Shown here one piece after another: positions 49,186-49,797 of a stretch of DNA of 49,797 nucleotides. The position numbers were made by a program, and so were the translations under genes. The stretch is from positions 17,895,768 through 17,945,564 of the forward strand of contig NC_057751.1 in assembly GCF_004010195.1 (NCBI RefSeq), given 5' to 3'. The stretch is from Chiloscyllium plagiosum. Its lineage: Eukaryota. Position 1 is the stretch's first letter. Each line of letters opens with the position of its first letter. The notes below the pieces were generated by a model. It searched no databases, was not told where the DNA came from, and worked only from the letters and a program-made list of their open reading frames with translations.

Positions 49186-49797
49186 GGTCATTTCCAGTGT
49201 GAGCAGCAGCGACGGTAAGACCATTTGGTTTTAAAAGTACTTACCGGTAGCGGGCAGAGGTGTTTTTATTTCTCTTTCACTCTCTCTTTACAGAAAGAGC
49301 GGGGGCACCAGGGGGAAGTGACGACGTCCAGAGCGGCAGCCGAGACCCGGAAGCAGTTAGTGTAAGCTTACCTGGGTAGGTTTTTTCCCCCTTTAAAAGC
49401 GCGAAGGAGAGGAACCCGAGGCACTACACGGGTAGTGCCTCCCACCCGCCCTCCTCCTCTAACCTAATAATAACACCTGTTTTGGTAAGTAGGTAAGTGA
49501 TGAATTTTGCTTGTTGTATTCTTTAGACCCAGTTTTTTTAAAAATAAAAGTTAGCTTTAGAGGGATGGCAGTGAAGGCAGTGCAATGTTCCTCCTGCAAC
49601 ATGTATGAGGTGAGGGATGCCATCGACGTCCCTGCCGATTACACTTGCAGGAAGTGCACCCATCTCCAGCTCCTCCAAGACCGTGTTAGGGAACTGGAGC
49701 TGGAGTTGGATGAACTTCGGATCATTCGGGAGGCAGAGGGGGTCATAGATCAGAGTTATAGCGAAGTAGTAACTCCAAAGATGGCAGAGAGATGGGT
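49186..49797 (+). mobile_element. 5' end of a young, possibly full-length CR1 LINE (5' UTR plus start of ORF1)
   Basis: CpG-containing 5' UTR followed by an uninterrupted ORF1 running off the window. Confidence 0.85.
49565..49797 (+). CDS. CR1 ORF1 N-terminus (zinc finger plus leucine zipper), partial
   Basis: MAVKAVQCSSCNMYEVRDAIDVPADYTCRKCTHLQLLQDRVRELELELDELRIIREAEGVIDQSYSEVVTPK: CxxC...CxxC followed by heptad leucines. Confidence 0.88.
   Translation, partial: MAVKAVQCSSCNMYEVRDAIDVPADYTCRKCTHLQLLQDRVRELELELDELRIIREAEGVIDQSYSEVVTPKMAERW

Overview
Repeat-rich vertebrate DNA, almost certainly from a cartilaginous fish (shark). The evidence is HE1-type V-SINEs, abundant CR1 LINEs and a GPR139-like receptor of the kind expanded in sharks. 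Two host-gene features are readable. (1) An apparently intact two-exon GPR139/GPR142-like class A GPCR lies on the minus strand (exon 1 45613-45679, exon 2 40028-40899, 312 aa); the ORF track misses its first exon. (2) A heavily decayed, intron-containing UNC93B1 pseudogene lies on the plus strand (six exons matching human exons 6-11, about 8124-16320) and is invisible in the ORF track. The rest is mostly nested transposable elements. These include two Gmr1-type Ty3/gypsy retrotransposons with integrase upstream of RT (one near full length with both LTRs), other LTR remnants, many CR1 fragments, the 5' end of a young CR1 with an open ORF1, a Rex1/Babar-like LINE, several SINE families, a Tigger/pogo-type MITE and Penelope-derived hairpins carrying hammerhead-ribozyme cores. 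There are also local duplications and a 416-N assembly gap. Protein family assignments come from manual translation and recalled motifs, not database searches.
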